DNA of 29,378 nucleotides from Chlamydiota bacterium (GTDB lineage Bacteria; Chlamydiota; Chlamydiia; Chlamydiales; Rhabdochlamydiaceae): NCBI GenBank assembly GCA_011065225.1, contig JAAKFC010000001.1, positions 1 to 29,378 of the forward strand, read 5' to 3'. Shown piece by piece: positions 26,541 to 29,378 of this stretch (position 1 is its first letter; each line of letters starts with the position of its first letter). The notes under the pieces were generated by a model. It saw only the letters and a program-made list of their open reading frames with translations, ran no database searches and was not told where the DNA came from. The position numbers and the translations under genes were made by a program.

Positions 26541-27203
26541 TTAGATATTGGAATGTATGTCCACCGCTATTGGGGCAAGCACCGATTGTCCTTGTCTCAT
26601 TCCTTGAATCCACTTACGGATAGAAAAGGATTGGGCGGTATCCTCAAGATAACTGAAGCAGTCTACAAAACTCGCTGCGGTGGAGCGAATAGAGGTGGCT
26701 GTCTTTTCAGATTTTGGATCGAGAAGGGAAAGTGCTCTGGTTTCATGATGATGAGATGCTTGGAGCTCATCAAAGAGTTGTTCGAGGGGCTCTTCTAGCA
26801 GAAGTTTGAGTAGTTTTTTTGTGCTTTTCTCCCCTTCTCGATCTAGGTGTTCCAAAACAATGGCAAAGATTGTTTGTGCGGATGTAGACCAAAAAGGGTC
26901 ATGCGATGTTTGGGGAATCAGGCTTTTTGCTATCTCTTTGTAGTGATAAGGCTCTTTACACTCTGCCCAGGGATGCCAAGGGGTGGATCGCTCATCAAAG
27001 GGATTCAAGAGAATGTCATGTCCTTCCCGAAAATAACTCTGAACAAAAACACCTGTAGTGTCGACAATGACAGCTTTTTGGTTTTTCTCACGGATTTGAG
27101 GGAGTAGGTGATGAAAACAATTGGTCTTTCCACTCCCCGTCGTTCCAGTGATAAGGAAGTGCTGAGTTTCTGAATCTTTTACAATAGGAAGGGGCCCTAA
27201 ATG
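26541..27203 (-). pseudogene. traD: F-type TraD coupling-protein fragment (Walker A to mid all-alpha domain)
   Basis: In frame upstream of the track ORF: HLGPLPIVKDSETQHFLITGTTGSGKTNCF...AVIVDTTGVFV...DILLNPFDERS...LIP...DPFW...FSIRKWI. No start codon, and both ends are missing. Confidence 0.85.
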
Positions 27204-27674
27204 CTAGGCCGAATGTCCCGTTCTTCAAATATTTAAACATATCGCTTCTCCTTCTTTAATTCATTTTGCATAGAAAAATAATGGTATTATATCAGAGTAA
27301 CCGGAAATAAAAAACATAAAATAGATCAATTAAATTATTTAGTCAAGAGTTTTGTCTGATATTTTACGCTGCAGAGAGACCGGCTTTTACCCAGGCTAGA
27401 ATGCTTATAGAAAATGTTTGAGAGGCGTCACCTGGACTTTTAGTATGTGGGGCTGGCCAGGGGCGGAGATTTGGGTATAGCTGTATCCAAAAAGAGTATC
27501 GGTTTTTTCCTGCCTCATCGAAATCTGCAAATTGAAAAATAATAATCCAGATCAGAAAAAAATTGAGGAACCTTTTCCTCTGCTACCAAATGATATGCCA
27601 GCATGCCCAGATAAAACTTATCGAAGAAAAGAGCACGGCCAAAGATGAAAAAGTTGGGGAGCTTCACCCTATTT

Positions 27675-27700
27675 ATCTACACCTTCTTCAAGGTGTAGAT
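27675..27700. repeat. 11-bp-stem hairpin over the stop codon of the 27688 gene
   Basis: ATCTACACCTT-CTTC-AAGGTGTAGAT; no U-tract follows. Confidence 0.6.
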
Positions 27701-28065
27701 TTAGAAAAAGAGGGATTTGTCCAATGTAACTCATAGGAGACTTTTTCCCCTTTTTCCCCGTGTATGGTAATAGTAGCATCTCCTTCTGGGCAGCCTTTTA
27801 CTGCTGGTGAAGAGCTTAGCATCATATATTCTGTCGGGGACATAACCACGTCACTTTCGATCACTTCGTGGAGAGATTTTGAGCATATGTGAAGTTTTTC
27901 ACCTGGATCGAAGCCAGAAACCTTGAAAAGATAAAAATCTATATTTTCCATACTCGTAAGAAGTTCGATTTTAGGATTAAGTGTATTTTCGTTTTTACTA
28001 GAATTGCTAAAACAGGGATTGGAAAGTAAAAAAGAAAGCAAAAATATCGCTAAAAAGTTTTTCAT
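27688..28065 (-). CDS. Secreted hypothetical protein, 125 aa
   Basis: RBS AGGAG before ATG 28065 (preferred over 28209); signal peptide MKNFLAIFLLSFLLSNPCFS. Confidence 0.75.
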   Translation of the reverse strand: MKNFLAIFLLSFLLSNPCFSNSSKNENTLNPKIELLTSMENIDFYLFKVSGFDPGEKLHICSKSLHEVIESDVVMSPTEYMMLSSSPAVKGCPEGDATITIHGEKGEKVSYELHWTNPSFSKSTP

Positions 28066-28268
28066 ATTATCTCCTAAAGTAGACGATTTATGGGTTGAAC
28101 AGTTTAATTTTTTTGCCTTGTTTTTCAACAAAAAATTGTTGCTTAGCTGCAAAGGGAGTATAACATCTTTTCTGTTTTTTCCTTGGGGGATATATGGAAA
28201 ACATTCCACCTATAATAGCAGTAGGAATCCAAAATGCATACCATCACCATGAAAACAAAATCTTTTCA

Positions 28269-29066
28269 TCAAAAATTGCACCCAAATTGGAGGCGAATTC
28301 CTAGGATATTGCTAGTATTATTCGCATCAAATTTCAGTAAATATGGATGGAGTTGAATATCCCATTGTTGATCGCATCCTATGTACCAAGTAAAAGGAAT
28401 ACCTACTTCATATCCCCATACATTTCGAATAGATGATTTCACTGATTCAGACTGTATAGCAAAACGGTTTTCCCCTGCGAATACATACATTGTTTTGAGG
28501 TGGAGGCCGACATCAAAATTTTCGGAAAACGCGTGATCTCCTCTTAGCCCTATGGCGCCATAAAACCAATGAGAAAAAGAACTGCTGTTCTTGCAATGAG
28601 GTCTGAGATAATAACCTCCTATTCCAACGAAAGGCACGAGTGTAGTAGAACAAAAAATGGGACTTTGGAATGTATAGCCAAGTCGTTGCTCAAGATGACC
28701 TATCCAAGGGGTTCTTCTGATTTTTTCATGGTATTTGCAGGGAAAATTCCCTTCCCAGAGCGGCGTATAATCTGTTATGCAGACCGTGATATAGCTTATG
28801 CCGATTCCAAACTGCCCTTCTATACCGAAGTAAAAAGCCTTAGTTCTTAGGTAGTCGTAACCTCCTCTAATGCTTCCATAGAAAGCATTTCCAGAGATTT
28901 CTATCCCTTCTATTTCTGAAGTATCAGGTGCAAGGTGATCCCAAAATAGATCTGGACCCACATAAACGCGATGGTATTTTGGTTCACAAATACAGGCAGT
29001 CTCTTCAGCATGTGCAAATGAGAATGTCAGAAGTACAGTTGGTAAAAGATAGGTATAATGTTTCAT
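28269..29066 (-). CDS. Outer-membrane beta-barrel protein (MOMP/porin-like)
   Basis: Signal peptide ending AHA; alternating aromatic/Gly beta-strands (GGYDY, LGYTF, YGAIGL, GYEVGIPFTW); C-terminal strand ending in Phe (IRLQFGCNF); Cys-rich. Confidence 0.75.
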   Translation of the reverse strand: MKHYTYLLPTVLLTFSFAHAEETACICEPKYHRVYVGPDLFWDHLAPDTSEIEGIEISGNAFYGSIRGGYDYLRTKAFYFGIEGQFGIGISYITVCITDYTPLWEGNFPCKYHEKIRRTPWIGHLEQRLGYTFQSPIFCSTTLVPFVGIGGYYLRPHCKNSSSFSHWFYGAIGLRGDHAFSENFDVGLHLKTMYVFAGENRFAIQSESVKSSIRNVWGYEVGIPFTWYIGCDQQWDIQLHPYLLKFDANNTSNILGIRLQFGCNF

Positions 29067-29080
29067 TTTTCACTCCAAAT

Positions 29081-29378
29081 TCAGTTTATTTTGCTTATGT
29101 CTTTTTTCAAAAAAGGTAGGGCTAAGATTTTCTCTATCATGCGATATTCAAATCGGATCTTGGTGACGGGGAAGTTGCCTGCAAGCTTTACGTATGCTTC
29201 TAAGTTTTCTAAGGTAAAAAGTTCTGTGGAAGAAATGGTCAGCTTTTCTTTGGTATGCATCGAAAGGTTGACTCCATCACGGATATCATTTGCACCATAG
29301 GAAATCCCCTCTTGCATTTCTATGATTTCTCGTTCCCCAAAAGCTTTTGACATGCGATAGGCAAGTTCTGGGCTTGTC
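29081..29378 (-). CDS. traD: C-terminus of F-type TraD coupling protein (starts beyond right edge)
   Basis: TSPELAYRMSKAFGEREIIEMQEGISYGANDIRDGVNLS...LENLEAYVKLAGNFPVTKI matches the TraD C-terminal SYGAxxxRDGVSL...L..YVKL.G..PV pattern. The frame is open to the window edge. Confidence 0.8.
   Translation of the reverse strand, partial: TSPELAYRMSKAFGEREIIEMQEGISYGANDIRDGVNLSMHTKEKLTISSTELFTLENLEAYVKLAGNFPVTKIRFEYRMIEKILALPFLKKDISKIN

Noticed and set aside
26370-27107. Plus-strand ORFs 26370-26798 and 26847-27107
   Set aside because: They are antisense to the traD fragment.
27364-27660. Possible frameshifted gene remnant on the minus strand (FDKFYLGMLAYHLV.../IFQFADFDEAGKNRYSFWIQ...WVKAGLSAA*)
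   Set aside because: Protein-like, but it needs a frameshift, has no start, and I cannot assign a family.
1-29378. Integrase or VirB4/TraC mating-pair genes
   Set aside because: No tyrosine or serine recombinase motifs and no T4SS ATPase in the window, so self-transmissibility cannot be claimed from this sequence.

Overview
AT-rich accessory region, most likely from an environmental chlamydia (Chlamydiota). This is an inference from the MOMP/porin-like beta-barrel, the eukaryote-like RING-TM protein, and the pairing of Ti-type traA/traD with F-type traD. Left to right: the 5' part of an MFS transporter; a signal-peptide Rhs polymorphic toxin with a translationally coupled immunity gene; a Ti-type mobilisation module (traD <- oriT candidate -> traA relaxase-helicase-TOPRIM); a cargo block (His/Cys caspase-fold membrane protein, NucA-type nuclease, secreted protein, RING-TM protein) containing decay products (internally deleted IS3, a 159-bp TA-flanked palindromic MITE inside a pseudogene, a diverged duplicate); a dif-like Xer site with nearby palindromes; a degenerate methylase-HsdS-Schlafen fusion gene divergent from a PD-(D/E)XK nuclease; a tRNA(CAT) 3' fragment (att scar); a HicB-like gene plus a TM0106 nuclease-helicase; and two separate pieces of F-type traD flanking a secreted protein and an outer-membrane protein. 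There is no CRISPR array, integrase or intact RNA gene. Family assignments come from motif recognition by eye, not from database searches.
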